A DNA stretch of 63,045 nt, the filler included, from Octopus bimaculoides (lineage: Eukaryota): the NCBI RefSeq assembly GCF_001194135.2. It is 5 parts of 4 records of this genome, joined end to end, with 100 filler letters (N's around TTAATTAATTAA, not from the genome) between each part and the next. Parts side by side here need not be neighbours in the genome. Positions count along the whole stretch, not along the records: positions 55,601 to 63,045 come from NC_068981.1; 4 more parts are not named here. One strand, written 5' to 3'. Shown piece by piece: positions 61,682-63,045 of this stretch. A model generated the notes under the pieces. It did no database searches. It saw nothing but the letters and a program-made list of their open reading frames with translations, and was not told the DNA's origin. The position numbers were made by a program, and so were the translations under genes. Position 1 is the first letter of the stretch. Each line of letters begins with the position of its first letter.

Positions 61682-62945
61682 TTGGGTCATCCCATAAATA
61701 ATGCGGTTTTTTTTTATACTTCTTATATTTTTCAAAATTAAGATAAGCAAAGTTCTTTTTGAACCTAAAATATACTCTCCTTCATTTTCTACAATGCTTT
61801 TCACTCTATCTGGTAGACTTGCAAGGCCCCTCTTCCAAAATTCACTTCTCTGTGACGAAAAATACTCCTCCAGTACTGTTCTGACCTCGTTTACAGAATT
61901 TATATTTTTCCCATCCAAATGATTTTGAAGACCGCGGAATAAATGATAATCAGATGAGGCAATGCCAGCGAATGTGGTGGGTGGAGCATCGCACCCCATT
62001 CAAATTGCTCCAGCCTTTGGAATATCATCCTTGCCATATGAGGCCAAGCATTATTCTAATGGAATAACATCTTTCGCCTTGAAACCAAAGATGGTTGTTT
62101 TACTTCAAGCGCTGACTTAAGCCACTCAAGCTGCTCAGAGTAGATCTCTTTTGTTATCGTTTGGTTTCTGTTTAAAAGTTCAAAGTGGACTAAACCTTTC
62201 ATACCCCACCAAACAGATAACAACACCTTACGTGGATGAAGACCTTCCTTAGTCTGGGATGCTGGTGTTTCTCCTTTCTCTACGCACTGTCTTCAGCGCT
62301 TGACATTTTTATAGAGAATCCATTTTTCGTCACTGTTCGGTTCAAAAATGGTTCATTCGTGAGACGTGACAGCAAAGAAGAGACGACATTCACTCTTTGC
62401 GTGCAATTAGACTCGGAAAGTTTGTGAGGAGCCCATTGAGCTAATTTGCTGACTTTTCTGATGGCATACATGTGCCGATGAATGGTTGAATGACCAAATC
62501 TAAGCTTCTCAACAAGTTCCTCAACAGTTACTATGGGATTTTGTTACCCCAGCGTTTGTAGGACGTCCTCGTCGAGCTCTACAGATCTTCCACGACGAGG
62601 CTCGTCTTCTATGCTGTAGTTTCCGGCTCGGAATTTCTGAAACCACCGTTGACACTGGCTTTCGCCTATTGTCCGATCCGCATATACTGCATTAATATTC
62701 CTCGCGTTGCGTTGTTGCCTTTATTGAACTCATAAAGTAAAATATGCCGGATATGCTCCTTTCTAACTTCCATTACGGCTTTGAAAAAAGATAACTGTGA
62801 AAATCGAACTCTTCAAAACTTGCATTAAGAATAAGCACAAGGTAAAATTACTTCCTGCTTCTATAGCAAGTTTTATACCGACACCCACACCGACTTTTAG
62901 CTTATGCAATTGAAAAAAAAACGCATTATTTATGGGATGACCTAA
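61682..62945 (-). mobile_element. Full-length mariner transposon (1264 bp) with decayed transposase
   Basis: TIRs ttgggtcatcccataaataatgcg / cgcattatttatgggatgacctaa, both flanked by TA. Motifs across frameshifts are HIRHILLYEF, RWFQKFR, WAPHKL, EKWILY, LHPRKVLLSVWWG and IASSDYHLFRGLQNHLDGK. Confidence 0.93.
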
Positions 62946-63045
62946 TATTTCAATGTAAAGTTTCCGGAAAGGATTCAATAGAAATAAGGTGAGGCTAGAA
63001 GGATAATATATATATATATATATATATGCACAAAATGTATACATA

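Overview
AT-rich, gap-ridden animal genomic DNA dominated by microsatellites and transposon relics. The repeat families and the protocadherin point to an octopod cephalopod, probably Octopus (inference). The one clear host gene segment is a 2.7-kb protocadherin exon (+ strand). It has a splice acceptor at 50121-50122, a likely ATG at 50406 or 50421, a signal peptide, six cadherin repeats, a TM helix, a partial cytoplasmic tail, and a phase-0 GT donor after 52823. The rest is intronic or intergenic. Retroelements include a decayed Neptune-type Penelope element (RT + GIY-YIG), a Gypsy pol interrupted by a ~1 kb insert, HERO and RTE LINE relics, and several SINE families. One RTE is near full length and has a twin-priming-like 5' inversion. 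DNA transposons include a full-length decayed mariner, mariner/Tc1 fragments and MITEs. Hand-folding gave several candidate self-cleaving ribozymes: minimal hammerheads at 486-528 and 52927-52963, a weaker one at ~29.7 kb, and an HDV-like fold in the RTE 5' UTR. Repeat boundaries are approximate and no database searches were run.
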